A stretch of 64,000 nucleotides of DNA from Nitrososphaerota archaeon (GCA_033581555.1 JAVQSZ010000004.1:64001-128000), one strand, 5' to 3'. Positions 29,149 through 39,042 are shown, counted from the stretch's first letter. The notes: generated by a model from the letters alone, not told the origin. Numbers and translations are program-made.

Positions 29149-30675
29149 ATGCTCTTCGCGGTCAGGTATCCGGTCGCGTCGAGGAGGGGCGTTTACCGGG
29201 AGAGGCTGGAGGTCGTCAGGTCGAGGGACGGCGCGCTCAGCACGTCCTCCGAGGAGGGCCTCAGGAGGGTGGTCGTGGACGTCGCGACGCTCACGGCTGA
29301 CGTGAGGAGGTCCGCGTACGGAGAGGTGCTCGCTGCGAGGCTCCTGACGCCGTTTGAGGCGGAGGGCGACCTCAGGGCGCTCCGGTCGCTGCTCAATGCG
29401 TACGTCAGGAGGTCGGTGGAGGACTCGCTGGTGGACATCCAGAGGGACTACGGGAGGGCCGCCGAGGAGTTGCTGATCGACCCGAGCCACTTCGTCCTGA
29501 GGAAGGTCAGGGGGCTAGTCGCGCTCTACCCGCCGCTCTGGAGGGTCCTCTGGTGGGCCTCGAGGTCCTCGACGAACATGGAACTGCTGAGGAGGGTGGC
29601 GGAGAACTTCAGGCCGGTGCTCGAGGAGCTAGTGAGAGAGGGCAGGCTTATCGCGGACGAATCTACGGGCCTTTACAGGATCGCGAGGGGAACCGGAAGG
29701 GAGGAGGTCGGCGCGTCGAGGGGGGCTGGGTTGGTGAGGAGGCTCGAGTCGCTCTTGATCCCCGGAAGGCTCGGCGTCGGTCTCCCGAGGCTCGTCTTCG
29801 AGGAGGCCATCGAGGGCGGATGGGAGGCGACGCTCCCGCCGGACCCGGAGGAGGCGCTCTCGATCAGGACCGAGACCGGGCTTCAGCCGCTCGCCTTTGA
29901 GGGCGATGTCGCGGAGTTCGTCAAGAGGCTCTGCGGAGGCGGCGTCGACTCCGTCAGGGTCCAGAGAGCCGGCTGGCTCTTCAACTCGACCTACCTCGTC
30001 GAGGTCGAGCAGGGCGGCGACGTGAGGAGGCTCTTCGTGAAGAGGTACCTCGCGTGGACCGACGTCAAGTGGGTCGCAGCGAAGCTCTGGTCATTTCCGC
30101 TCAGGAACTTCCACCTCTCGCCGACCGTGAGGCTCAGCAACGAGCTCTTCTTCATCTCGTACCTGAGGGAGAGGGGATTGAGGACGCCGCACGTCTACGG
30201 CGTGAGCTGGAGGAAGAGGGTCCTCCTCGAGGGTGCGATACAGGGGAGGTCGTTGAGGGAGCTCTGGACCTCCGACGGCGTTGAGGATGACTCGCTCGGG
30301 GAGGCGACGGTCAATTCCGGTGAGGCCGTTGCGAGGGCCCACTCGATGGGCGTGACGCTCGGCGACTGCAAGCCCGACAACGTGATCGTCGACCAGAGGG
30401 GACAGGTCTGGCTGGTGGACCTCGAGCAAGCGTCGCTGGGCGGTGACAAGGCCTGGGACGTGGCCGAGTTCGTCCTCTTCACCGCGAGGTACCTGGACCT
30501 GAGGAGGATCAGGGAGTTCGCGAGGCTCTTCGGGGAGGGCTACCTGAGGCACGGCAACCCCAGGGACGTCGAGAGGGCCCTGGACCCGAAGTACGTCCTG
30601 GTGATGGTCCCGGTCTCGCCGGTCTGGACTCAGGTCGCTGCGCTCGAGGGGCTAAGGAGCGCCCTCCGCACGTGA
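29149..30675 (+). CDS. Protein with uncharacterised N-terminus and C-terminal Kdo/RIO/Bud32-like kinase domain
   Basis: LFVKRY, LGDCKPDNV, LVDLEQA, AWDVAEF. Confidence 0.7.
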   Translation: MLFAVRYPVASRRGVYRERLEVVRSRDGALSTSSEEGLRRVVVDVATLTADVRRSAYGEVLAARLLTPFEAEGDLRALRSLLNAYVRRSVEDSLVDIQRDYGRAAEELLIDPSHFVLRKVRGLVALYPPLWRVLWWASRSSTNMELLRRVAENFRPVLEELVREGRLIADESTGLYRIARGTGREEVGASRGAGLVRRLESLLIPGRLGVGLPRLVFEEAIEGGWEATLPPDPEEALSIRTETGLQPLAFEGDVAEFVKRLCGGGVDSVRVQRAGWLFNSTYLVEVEQGGDVRRLFVKRYLAWTDVKWVAAKLWSFPLRNFHLSPTVRLSNELFFISYLRERGLRTPHVYGVSWRKRVLLEGAIQGRSLRELWTSDGVEDDSLGEATVNSGEAVARAHSMGVTLGDCKPDNVIVDQRGQVWLVDLEQASLGGDKAWDVAEFVLFTARYLDLRRIREFARLFGEGYLRHGNPRDVERALDPKYVLVMVPVSPVWTQVAALEGLRSALRT

Positions 30676-30762
30676 GGCCTCCGCGATCTTTGACCTTTAG
30701 ATGCCCGGTGCGTCCACCGCTTCAACGGCTTTATCTATCAGCCCGGGGAGGCTTCGGCCGGA

Positions 30763-30930
30763 ATGGGGCTCAGGGACTTCGTCAGGTCGACGGTCGTCCT
30801 CTTCAGGGTCTCGAGGAAGCCCTCGAGGGAGGAGTACTTCGTCTTAGCGAGGATCGTCCTGATCGGGGTCGCGCTGCTCGGCCTGATCTCGATGGTCATC
30901 AGGTTCGTCTTCCTCGCGGTCCTGGGGTGA
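30763..30930 (+). CDS. secE: Protein translocase subunit SecE/Sec61-gamma
   Basis: Not in the ORF track. 55 aa MGLRDFVRS..SRKPSREEYF plus one TM; directly precedes spt5. Confidence 0.9.
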   Translation: MGLRDFVRSTVVLFRVSRKPSREEYFVLARIVLIGVALLGLISMVIRFVFLAVLG

Positions 30931-30936
30931 GGGGGC

Positions 30937-31374
30937 TTGGGTAAGCTCTACGCGGTCAGGACGACGGTCGGGCAGGAGAGGAACGTCGCCCAGCTGATCT
31001 GGGGGAGGATCGAGCCCGGGTCGAGGGACGTCCACGCGATCGTCACTCTCCCCAACCTGAAGGGCTTCGTCTTCGTCGAGGGCGCGGAGAGGGACAGGGT
31101 CGCGGTCCTGGTGAGGGAGCTGAGGCACGTGAAGTCGCGAGGGATCGTCCAGATATCGCACGAGGAGGTCCTCAGGCACATGGTCGAGAGACCGCTGATC
31201 GAGACGATATCGGAGGGGATGACTGTCGAGGTCGTCGCTGGTCCCTTCAAGGGGTTCACGGGCAAGGTCACCAGGGTCGACAGGATCAGGAAGGAGGTAA
31301 CGCTCGAGCTCCTCGAGAGCAGCTACCCGTTCCCGATCTCGATACCCGTTAACCAGGTCAAGCCCGCCCAGTAG
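30937..31374 (+). CDS. spt5: Transcription elongation factor Spt5/NusG
   Basis: YAVRTTVGQE, KGFVFVE, KOW motif VEVVAGPFKGFTGKV. Confidence 0.95.
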   Translation: MGKLYAVRTTVGQERNVAQLIWGRIEPGSRDVHAIVTLPNLKGFVFVEGAERDRVAVLVRELRHVKSRGIVQISHEEVLRHMVERPLIETISEGMTVEVVAGPFKGFTGKVTRVDRIRKEVTLELLESSYPFPISIPVNQVKPAQ

Positions 31375-31385
31375 GTAGGTCCGCG

Positions 31386-31883
31386 ATGGGCTTCAGGGAT
31401 CTCCTCTCGGAGGTCTCCCTGAACGGCCGCAAGGTCGTCCAGTTCGGCTTCGCCGGGGTCGCGGCCCAGAGCGACGTGGTCAGGGCGATCGGGAGCGATG
31501 GGGAGCTGCTGGTACTAGTGAACAGCGAGAGGCTCAGGTCGAAGGCCGAGGCTTCCCTCCACGGGACCGGGCTGAAGCACAGGGTCGTTTACTCTCCGGT
31601 GATCGAGCACAACCCGGAGCTCGCGCCTTCGAGCTTCGACGCAGCCCTCTTCTTGAACGCGCTGGTCTCTGTGAGGGGGAAGAGGGAGCTGGTCAACGAG
31701 GCCTACAGGCTGCTCGGGCCGGGGTCGGGCGCGGTCGTTTACGAGTGCTACTGGCCGACGGCCTTCGGGCTCAGACGGACGTTGAGGAGGGTGCTGACGG
31801 AGAGGCCGGTCTTCAGGGTGAAGAAGATGAGTGTGGGGCTCGACACGCTGACCGCGGTCCTCGAGAAGGCGAGAGGGCCTTGA
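31386..31883 (+). CDS. Degenerate class I SAM methyltransferase-like protein
   Basis: SSFDAALF, EAYRLLGPGSG; glycine motif degenerate. Confidence 0.45.
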   Translation: MGFRDLLSEVSLNGRKVVQFGFAGVAAQSDVVRAIGSDGELLVLVNSERLRSKAEASLHGTGLKHRVVYSPVIEHNPELAPSSFDAALFLNALVSVRGKRELVNEAYRLLGPGSGAVVYECYWPTAFGLRRTLRRVLTERPVFRVKKMSVGLDTLTAVLEKARGP

Positions 31884-32119
31884 CGCAGCTTGAGCTCCTC
31901 CTGTTGGGGTTCGCGCTCCTGCTGGCAGGGGCCTTCCTGCTCCTCCTCGCGCTTATCGGTCAGGCCAGAGCGCCCCGCGAAGGCGGGTCTGAGGGGTTCG
32001 GATTAGTGCTGATTGGCCCGATACCGATCGTCTTTAAGGGCAGGGTCACTCACGTTCTGCTGATTGCGGCCGTCGTGTTAGTCCTGGTCCTCCTGCTGGT
32101 GCTGGGTGTGCTGGGTTGA
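31880..32119 (+). CDS. Small membrane protein, DUF131/TIGR00304 family
   Basis: GFGLVLIGPIPIVF between two TMs; TTG start overlaps upstream stop. Confidence 0.75.
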   Translation: MTQLELLLLGFALLLAGAFLLLLALIGQARAPREGGSEGFGLVLIGPIPIVFKGRVTHVLLIAAVVLVLVLLLVLGVLG

Positions 32120-32334
32120 GGGTCGTCGTTGTAGCTCTGCTCCTGATCGTCGTGGGGATCGCGCTGATGCTGTTAGCGGCGTCGCAGACCGAGGGCGCGG
32201 AGTTCAGGGGCTTCGGGTTCATCCTGATAGGCCCGATCCCGGTGTTCGTCTCGGACGGCCAGGCAGTCCTCATGACGGCCCTAATCGCCCTGACGGTCTT
32301 CGTCGCGGTCCTGCTGAGAGCGCTCAGGCGGTAG
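32116..32334 (+). CDS. Small membrane protein, DUF131/TIGR00304 family
   Basis: GFGFILIGPIPVFV between two TMs. Confidence 0.75.
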   Translation: MRVVVVALLLIVVGIALMLLAASQTEGAEFRGFGFILIGPIPVFVSDGQAVLMTALIALTVFVAVLLRALRR

Positions 32335-32346
32335 AGGGGCCTCAGG

Positions 32347-33132
32347 TCACGCGCCCTTCAGGTACTTCTCCTCGATTCCCTTGTACCCGACCCTCTCGAG
32401 CTCCTCGGCGAGCTCGTAGCCTCCGCTGACGATGATCCTCCCGTCGTACATGATGTGGACGTAATCAGGCCTCAGGTAGTTCAGGATCCTCGCGTAGTGT
32501 GTGATGACCAAGACGCCGACGTTCTCCCGCTCGACCATGCCCTTCACCGCAGCCGCGACGACCTTGACGCCGTCGATGTCGAGGCCTGAGTCGGTCTCGT
32601 CGAGGACCGCGATCTTCGGCTTAAGGGTCAGCATCTGCACGATCTCGGACCTCTTCTTCTCACCGCCGGAGAAGCCCTCGTTCAGGTACCTCCTCGTGAA
32701 GGACTCGTCGAACTGGAGCGCCCTGAAGTTCTCGACGAGCGTCTTGTGGAACTGGGAGGGCGAGACCTTCTTCCCCTCATCGCCGTAGATCGAGAGGTAG
32801 GCCTTCCTGAGGAAGTTCGCCGTCGTGAGCCCCGTAATCTCCTGCGGGTACTGGAACGCGAGGAAGAGCCCCCTCTTCGCCCTCTGGTCAGGCGTCAGGT
32901 CGAGGATGCTCTCGCCGTCGAGCCTGATGTCGCCGCCCTCGACCGTGTACTTCGGGTGGCCCATGATCACGTAGGCGGTCGTGCTCTTCCCGGACCCGTT
33001 CGGTCCCATCAGCGCGTGTATCTCGCCCTGAGACACGGTCAGGTTCAGGCCCTTGATGATCTGCTTCCCCTCCACTCCAGCGTACAGGTCGACGATCTCC
33101 AGCCTCAAGCCTCTTTGCCCGGAACTCCCCAC
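32347..33132 (-). CDS. sufC: Fe-S cluster assembly ATPase SufC
   Basis: MGPNGSGKST, LAFQYP, GFSGGEKKR, LDETDSGLD. Confidence 0.95.
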   Translation of the reverse strand: MGSSGQRGLRLEIVDLYAGVEGKQIIKGLNLTVSQGEIHALMGPNGSGKSTTAYVIMGHPKYTVEGGDIRLDGESILDLTPDQRAKRGLFLAFQYPQEITGLTTANFLRKAYLSIYGDEGKKVSPSQFHKTLVENFRALQFDESFTRRYLNEGFSGGEKKRSEIVQMLTLKPKIAVLDETDSGLDIDGVKVVAAAVKGMVERENVGVLVITHYARILNYLRPDYVHIMYDGRIIVSGGYELAEELERVGYKGIEEKYLKGA

Positions 33133-33175
33133 AATATCTACCTCGGCGCTCCACCGGGCCAGGGCGCGAAGGCCC

Positions 33176-33334
33176 TCACTTGGTCCTCTCTTCCTCCCCC
33201 CAGAGCTCCCTCCTCAGGAGGTCCCTGACCGCGGCCCTGAGGAGCGCGGACCTGCTCGGGTAAACCCCCCTTCGTATCAGCTCGTCCATCCCCTCGACGA
33301 GGGCCTCCGGGAGCTTTACGCTGATGAGCTTCAT
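33176..33334 (-). CDS. Ribbon-helix-helix (CopG/Arc) regulator
   Basis: MKLISVKLPEALVEGMDELIRRGVYPSRSALLRAAVRDLL. Confidence 0.85.
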   Translation of the reverse strand: MKLISVKLPEALVEGMDELIRRGVYPSRSALLRAAVRDLLRRELWGEEERTK

Positions 33335-33467
33335 AGCCGGTATGACCGATCTCCTGCCACCCATTTGAGCTTTGCGCTGGATGACGGTCCAGAATGCGGG
33401 GCTCCGGAAGGGGTCGGGGAACGTTTTAAAGATGGGCGGGAGCTCTAGGGCCCGAGCAGGGAGCGCG

Positions 33468-33758
33468 ATGGACGTCAAGACCGAGCTGAGGGTTCTCAGG
33501 AGGACCGGGAAGGTCGTCTTCGGGTTCAGGCAGTCTTACCTGGCGTTGATGCGGGGCGAGGCGTCGGTCGTGCTGGTCTCCAGCGACTGCCCGGAGAGGT
33601 TCAGGAGGGAGCTGCAGGTGGCTGCCGCGATGAAGGGCGCGAAGGTCGTCGATGCCGGGGTCAGCTCCAGCGAGCTCTCGAGGCTCCTGGGGAAGCCCTT
33701 CCACGCGTCGACGGTCGCGGTGATCGACGCGGGCTCCAGCAACCTCGGCAAGGGGTGA
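33468..33758 (+). CDS. rpl30e: Ribosomal protein L30e
   Basis: TGKVVFG, SSELSRLLGKPF, VIDAGSS; precedes nusA. Confidence 0.9.
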   Translation: MDVKTELRVLRRTGKVVFGFRQSYLALMRGEASVVLVSSDCPERFRRELQVAAAMKGAKVVDAGVSSSELSRLLGKPFHASTVAVIDAGSSNLGKG

Positions 33759-34204
33759 GCTCGGTGGCTGAAGGAGGGAAGGCATCGGTCAAGATCACGG
33801 AGAGCGAGCTCCGGTACATCTCGCTGTTCCAGGGCGTGACCGACGTCCAGCCGCTCGACTGCGTCGTGATCGACGACATGGTGGTCTACGTCGTCAACGC
33901 GGGCGACGTCGGGAAGGCCGTGGGCAAGGGGGGGAACGTCGTTCAGGAGCTGAGGAACCTCCAGAGGAAGCGGGTCAAGATCGTCGAGTTCTCGGACGAC
34001 CCGAGGAGGTTCATCGCCAACGCCCTTCAGCCCGCGACGGTGACCGCGGTCGAGCTGGTCGAGAGGAACGGCCGGCTGCTCGCGATCGCGAAGGTCCCCG
34101 ACGAGGAGAAGGGCAGAGCTATTGGGAAGGGAGGTGTGAACCTGAAGGCCGCGGCCGAGCTCGCCCGGAGGCACTTCGGCGTGGAGAGGATAGTCATCAG
34201 GTAG
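33755..34204 (+). CDS. nusA: Archaeal NusA (two KH domains)
   Basis: GKAVGKGG, VEFSDD, GRAIGKGGVN. Confidence 0.92.
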   Translation: MSSVAEGGKASVKITESELRYISLFQGVTDVQPLDCVVIDDMVVYVVNAGDVGKAVGKGGNVVQELRNLQRKRVKIVEFSDDPRRFIANALQPATVTAVELVERNGRLLAIAKVPDEEKGRAIGKGGVNLKAAAELARRHFGVERIVIR

Positions 34205-34207
34205 CGG

Positions 34208-35317
34208 ATGAAGCTCGTCGTCAGGACACCTATCGGACTCGAGTCGGTCGTCAAGTCCAAGATCGAGCTCTTGGACCCCAGCGCGCAGGTCGTCCAGGCG
34301 CCCTACGGGCTGAAGGGGCTCGTTGTGGTGGAGAGCTGCTCCGACCCGGACCGGCTGATGAGGCTGATCGAAGAGGAGGTCCCCGAGGCCGAGAGGGTGA
34401 TCAAGCCCGACGCCGTCGTCCGCACGGAGGTCGACCTGATCCTCGAGGCAGCCACCAGGGTCTCGAAGGAGAGGATCTCGCCCCACGAGAGCTTCGCGGT
34501 CAGGACGAGGAGGAGGGCCCACGGCGGCTTCACGAGCCTCGAGCTGAACGCGAGGGTCGGTGCCTCGGTCCATCAGGCGACCGGCGCAAGGGTCGACCTG
34601 GAGTACCCCGACAAGGTCGTCGCGATAGAGGTAGTGGGCGAGAGAACCGCGATCGCGGTCGTCGATGGGAGCTCAGAGTACAGGAAGATGACCCCAACGA
34701 AGCGGAGCTCGTGGAGGTTCTTCAACAGGGTCTCGGTCGTCCAGATGCCGTACCTCGGGACCGTCGAGGGCGCGAGGGAGGTCGGGAGGAGGGTCGGGAG
34801 GTTCGTCCAGGCCTTCGAGGTCGGTGAGCTGGTGGTCGCGCCGATCGGCGCGGTCGACGCGAGGGAGCTCGCGGCCTTCCTCGAGGCGGTCTTCGAGGGC
34901 ATCTCTTCGAGGCTCGAGGTGCAGAGGAGGAGCTACGGCAGGCCGGCGAGGGAGGTCAAGGTCCTAGTCCAGGACCTCTACCAGCTCGTCCTAGAGAGGC
35001 GCCACGAGCCGATCCTGGTCTTCGAGCCCGAGGGCAGGGAGATCTACAGCGCGCTTACGGAGGTGGCTGAGGCCGTCGCGAGGGCCGAGAGGGTCAACGT
35101 CCTCCTGGGCTCGAGGGAGGGGATCCCGAAGGGCGTCTTCAGGATGGCGACCGCGGTCTTCGACCTCTGCCCTGACGTGACGCTGCCGACGGAGCTGGCC
35201 GCACCCGCGGCGCTAATCGCGCTTTACAACCTCCTCAAGCGCGAGGGCCTGGAGGTCGAGGACTCACCTGGTGGCGGCCCCGAGGAGGAAGGCGACCAAG
35301 GCGACGAACATCCATAG
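34208..35317 (+). CDS. THUMP plus SPOUT-like RNA methyltransferase
   Basis: THUMP SFAVRTRRRAH..VDLEYPD; SPOUT knot FEPEG, LGSREGIP. Confidence 0.75.
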   Translation: MKLVVRTPIGLESVVKSKIELLDPSAQVVQAPYGLKGLVVVESCSDPDRLMRLIEEEVPEAERVIKPDAVVRTEVDLILEAATRVSKERISPHESFAVRTRRRAHGGFTSLELNARVGASVHQATGARVDLEYPDKVVAIEVVGERTAIAVVDGSSEYRKMTPTKRSSWRFFNRVSVVQMPYLGTVEGAREVGRRVGRFVQAFEVGELVVAPIGAVDARELAAFLEAVFEGISSRLEVQRRSYGRPAREVKVLVQDLYQLVLERRHEPILVFEPEGREIYSALTEVAEAVARAERVNVLLGSREGIPKGVFRMATAVFDLCPDVTLPTELAAPAALIALYNLLKREGLEVEDSPGGGPEEEGDQGDEHP

Positions 35318-36118
35318 CAGGTACTGGTTCTTCACGCTCCTCGAGACGTGGGGCGTCGGACCCGTGAGCAGGCGATACGAGGAGTAGGCGAAGCCTGCGT
35401 CCGCGAGCGCCACGACAGGCAAGTAGGCCCACCCGAGGATGCCCGTGAGGTAGGGCAGCGGGCTGAGCGCGACCGCGGTCATCACGGCGCTGGCGCCCAG
35501 CCTCGATGCGAAGACCGCTCCCCTCACCCTCGCAACCGTCCTGACGCCCCTCACCGAGTCTCCCTCGACGTCCGCTATCCCCTTGACCACCTCCCTCCCG
35601 AGGCTCGAGAGGAACGCGAGGGCCGCCAACGTCGCAGCCCCGAGGTCCGGTACCCCCACGGCCACTGCAGACCCGAAGAGGAAGGGAGCCGCGACGGTCG
35701 CGCTGACCGCTGCGTTGCCGATCAGCCCTGTCTGTTTGAGGCTCACGTTGTAGAAGAGGGCCAGCGCGTACGAGAAGGCCGCGATCGCAAGGGGAACGAT
35801 GCCGAGCGGGACCGAGGCCGCGAGGCCCATGACCCCGAGTGAGGTCGCGAGGACCTTCGCCTCGGCGGGACTCACCGCGCCTGAAGGTATCGGCCTCTCT
35901 GGGGCGTTGACCCTGTCGACCTCGACGTCGACCAGGTCGTTGACGACCATAGAGGAACCGTTGAGGCAGTAGGCCGCGAGGAACGAGAGCGTCAGCGGCT
36001 GGAGTTCCGGAAGCCTCCCTGAGGAGACGAAGTGGCCCGCGAGGACCGCGACGAACATCATCAGGCCGTTCGGAGGCCTCGTCAGCCTGATCAGCCCCGA
36101 GAGCCTGTCCAACTTCAA
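35264..36118 (-). CDS. Digeranylgeranylglyceryl phosphate synthase (UbiA family)
   Basis: NDLVDVEVDRVNAPERPIPSG, REVVKGIADVEGD. Confidence 0.88.
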   Translation of the reverse strand: MKLDRLSGLIRLTRPPNGLMMFVAVLAGHFVSSGRLPELQPLTLSFLAAYCLNGSSMVVNDLVDVEVDRVNAPERPIPSGAVSPAEAKVLATSLGVMGLAASVPLGIVPLAIAAFSYALALFYNVSLKQTGLIGNAAVSATVAAPFLFGSAVAVGVPDLGAATLAALAFLSSLGREVVKGIADVEGDSVRGVRTVARVRGAVFASRLGASAVMTAVALSPLPYLTGILGWAYLPVVALADAGFAYSSYRLLTGPTPHVSRSVKNQYLLWMFVALVAFLLGAATR

Positions 36119-36654
36119 CCACCGGCGACGTTGACCGGCGAGACCTCGGAGCAGGCGTAGTAGACGACCTCGCCTCGTCTATCGACGATCGCGAGCAGCA
36201 GCTGCTTCCCCACGTTCTTCGAGTGCCAGACCAGTTCGATCAGGTCCGAGACCTTGACGGGGAAGCCCTCGAAGATCGGGAAGACGAAGTACTTCGCGCT
36301 GTCGGTCTTCCCCCTCTCGTAGACCATCAGGTAGAGGCTGGGGAACGGCCCGTGCCTGACGTGGTACCTCCTCCTCTTCAGGTCCCGATAGACGACGTAG
36401 TTGATCCAGAAGCCCCTCATCGAGCCCGAGAACCTCCTAACGAGGGACGTGAAGTCGAGGGCGTCGCCCACCTCGTCGAGGACGACCAGCTCGCCCTCCT
36501 CGGTCAGGTAGGCGGCCTCGTAGGGCGTGAGCTCGAGCTCCCCGGGCTCGACGAGCTCGCCGTATCCCCTGCTGTAGAGCCTATTGGCGGCCGCGCCCCT
36601 TACGACGACCCTCCCGTCGCCGACCAGCCTGCCCTCCGCGACTACCTCCATCAC
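36115..36654 (-). CDS. endA: tRNA-splicing endonuclease subunit (probably the structural beta subunit)
   Basis: LTPYEAAYL, YVVYRDLKRR, LLAIVDRRGEVVYY; catalytic His not evident after VYERG. Confidence 0.8.
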   Translation of the reverse strand: MMEVVAEGRLVGDGRVVVRGAAANRLYSRGYGELVEPGELELTPYEAAYLTEEGELVVLDEVGDALDFTSLVRRFSGSMRGFWINYVVYRDLKRRRYHVRHGPFPSLYLMVYERGKTDSAKYFVFPIFEGFPVKVSDLIELVWHSKNVGKQLLLAIVDRRGEVVYYACSEVSPVNVAGG

Positions 36655-36746
36655 CGCACCGTTCGGGCTCGACGCTTATTAGCGATGAGCGTCTCGCGCT
36701 TACGGGCCGCAGTTAATCCCCGGAATCCAAATATCCGGGCGCCCCC

Positions 36747-37532
36747 GTGCCATCGGAGGTGCAGAAGCCGAATAGGATCGCGCCGGCCCTCTTGGCGGCT
36801 GCGCTACTCCTGCTCTTATTGAACAGCCCTCCGCTAGGCAACGGCTCGAAGCAGCTCGTCGAGGTCTTCTACTTCGCGGAGTTCGGGACGGGTCAGCCCC
36901 TGCTCTATGAGGTCGAGGTCGTCGTCCTCCACTCGGTCGACTGGGGCTCCCCCAGGAAGGCCAGGCCGGGCGAGGCGGTCGTCTTCATCGCGGGCGATGT
37001 CAGGAGGGTCGGGCAGGACGGATCGGTCAGGCTCAAGGTCCCGAGGGGGAACCACACGCTCTCGGTCTACTGGGCCGACGGAAGGCTCGCGCCCCTGAGG
37101 ACGAAGGTCTCCGTCGACAAGGACCTCAGAGTGACTGTGACGTTCACCGAGGTCCGCCTCAAGCCGGCCGCGCTCTCGATGTCGCCCGACGTGACCAAGG
37201 GCGTGACCTCTCTGACCGTCGCGTTCGACCTCTTCAGGTTCGAGGACGTCTACTTCGCTCCCCCGATCGTGAGGTATTTCACCTCCACAGGCGAGTTGAG
37301 GGCCGTCCCGCCGGTCGTCAGGCCCGAGATGGTCTCCGCGCTTCCGTACTCGGTGAGGCCGAGCTCCCTGTTCGCGGGGCAGGTCGACGAGACCGCGCTC
37401 GAGGAGGGCGCGGCGCCTCTTCAGGCGTCGATCAGCGTCGAGCTCCCCGGGATAGCCGCGACGGTGTTGTCTGACAGTTACATCCCCATGCTCGTGATAG
37501 ACTACTCGGTGCAAGAGGTTGAGCGCGACTGA
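36747..37532 (+). CDS. Exported beta-rich hypothetical protein
   Basis: N-terminal hydrophobic signal; prealbumin-like segment DGSVRLKVPRGNHTLSV. Confidence 0.55.
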   Translation: MPSEVQKPNRIAPALLAAALLLLLLNSPPLGNGSKQLVEVFYFAEFGTGQPLLYEVEVVVLHSVDWGSPRKARPGEAVVFIAGDVRRVGQDGSVRLKVPRGNHTLSVYWADGRLAPLRTKVSVDKDLRVTVTFTEVRLKPAALSMSPDVTKGVTSLTVAFDLFRFEDVYFAPPIVRYFTSTGELRAVPPVVRPEMVSALPYSVRPSSLFAGQVDETALEEGAAPLQASISVELPGIAATVLSDSYIPMLVIDYSVQEVERD

Positions 37533-38010
37533 ACTGTTTTACAGCCCGGCCTTCTGGGTCGCGGTGAACGCCGCGATCGCCGCGGCCCTGCTTCACGTGG
37601 TCAGGAGGCTGAGGAGGAAGAGGGCCGTGGAGCTCACGCTCCGGGAGCGGTTCGGGGAGGTGAAGTCGCTCCTCAGGTCCGGAGGTTCCGGAAGGGAGTA
37701 CGTCCTGGCGGTCTCGAGGGCGCTCCTCAGGGACCTAAGGGCCGAGGGCTTCAGCATAAGGGGCTCGATGAGCTTCAGGGAGGTCGTCTCAGCTGTCCTC
37801 AGGTCGACGGGTTCCGGAGACCGGTTCGAGGAGATCGTCAGGTCCTTCGAGGACGCGAGGTACGGCGGGTCCGACCCCGACGAGCGGGAAGTCGAGGTCT
37901 TCAGGCGCAGGATGAGGGAGCTCATCGGCGTCCTAGAGGCCTCTCAACCAGCACCCGGTGAAGCTCGACGATCGCGCGGCGAGGGTCAGGACCGAGCGGC
38001 CCTCCGATGA
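37519..38010 (+). CDS. Membrane-anchored DUF4129-like protein
   Basis: N-terminal TM; SMSFREV...FEDARYGG. Confidence 0.6.
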   Translation: MSATELFYSPAFWVAVNAAIAAALLHVVRRLRRKRAVELTLRERFGEVKSLLRSGGSGREYVLAVSRALLRDLRAEGFSIRGSMSFREVVSAVLRSTGSGDRFEEIVRSFEDARYGGSDPDEREVEVFRRRMRELIGVLEASQPAPGEARRSRGEGQDRAALR

Positions 38011-38887
38011 TCAGGCCGTCGAGGTCTTCGAATGGCAGCCCCTCGATCGCTCTCCGGACGTCCTTTGCGGTTCCCGCGAGGGCCATGGACGACGCCACGT
38101 CGTCCGGAAGCGACTCCCTCACCTCCTGCCACCTCCCGGCCTTCACGAGCTCCCTGACGCGGGCGACCAGGTCCTCTTCGACGCCCAACCTCGCGGTGTA
38201 ATCGGTCGGTGATCCTGTGAGCACCACCGCGACGTACGGCTTGACCGCAGCGAGAGCCTTCGCGCGGTCCTCGTGGACCGAGACCATCAGCCCGGCCTCG
38301 ACCGCGACCGTCCTCCCGACCCTCCCGGCGGAGGACCTCACGAGCCTGACCGAATCCTCGAGGAAGGGGAGGTTAGTCGAGTTGATCAGGACGCCGTCGC
38401 CCTCCTCGCCCGCCAGCTCGAGCATCTTTGGGCCCTGCGCCGCGACGTAGATCCTGACGTCCGAGGCGGGCCTGAAGTCGAGCCTCACCCCGTCGTCGAG
38501 ACCCTCGCCGCTCAGCAGCGCCCTCACGGACCTCACGCATTCCCTAACCCTCTCGACCGGCCTCTCCCTCCGGTAACCGAGCGCCTCGAGGGTCGTGGCG
38601 TCCCCGGCGCCGATCCCCAGGACCACCTTGCCCGACCCGACCTCGGTGAGCGTCGCCGCGACCTGAGCGATCACCGCGGGGTGGAAGACGAAGGGGTTGA
38701 GGACGCCGAGACCGACCTCGGCTCTCCTCAGCCTTGAGAGGAGGTGAGCAGCCGCGACCACCGACGACCTGTTGAAGAAGTGCTCCGTTAGCCAGACCGC
38801 GTCGAACCCCAGCCTCTCGACCAACCCCGCCAGCAGCCCGATCTCCCAAGTCGGTTCCTTCGGCGATAGCTCGACCGAGAGCCTCAT
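37922..38887 (-). CDS. LLM-class (probably F420-dependent) oxidoreductase, Mer-like
   Basis: WLTEHFFNR, LGIGAGD, AAQGPKMLELAG, GGPLGPD. Confidence 0.8.
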   Translation of the reverse strand: MRLSVELSPKEPTWEIGLLAGLVERLGFDAVWLTEHFFNRSSVVAAAHLLSRLRRAEVGLGVLNPFVFHPAVIAQVAATLTEVGSGKVVLGIGAGDATTLEALGYRRERPVERVRECVRSVRALLSGEGLDDGVRLDFRPASDVRIYVAAQGPKMLELAGEEGDGVLINSTNLPFLEDSVRLVRSSAGRVGRTVAVEAGLMVSVHEDRAKALAAVKPYVAVVLTGSPTDYTARLGVEEDLVARVRELVKAGRWQEVRESLPDDVASSMALAGTAKDVRRAIEGLPFEDLDGLIIGGPLGPDPRRAIVELHRVLVERPLGRR

Positions 38888-39042
38888 GACCTAGCGACTC
38901 GCCTCTGAGCTCCTCGTATCCCCGGCAGCGTAAAGACCTTCGGCCGACGATTCCGCCAGCGGTCCGCGGAGGCGACTTCCCTCGACGCGGGCCCGAGGCA
39001 CCTCGCGATCCTCCTTTTTAGCGAGGGCGGAGGTCGCAGGCT

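Noticed and set aside
37922-38887. Mer as evidence of methanogenesis
   Set aside because: Mer-like LLM enzymes are widespread and no other C1-pathway genes are nearby.
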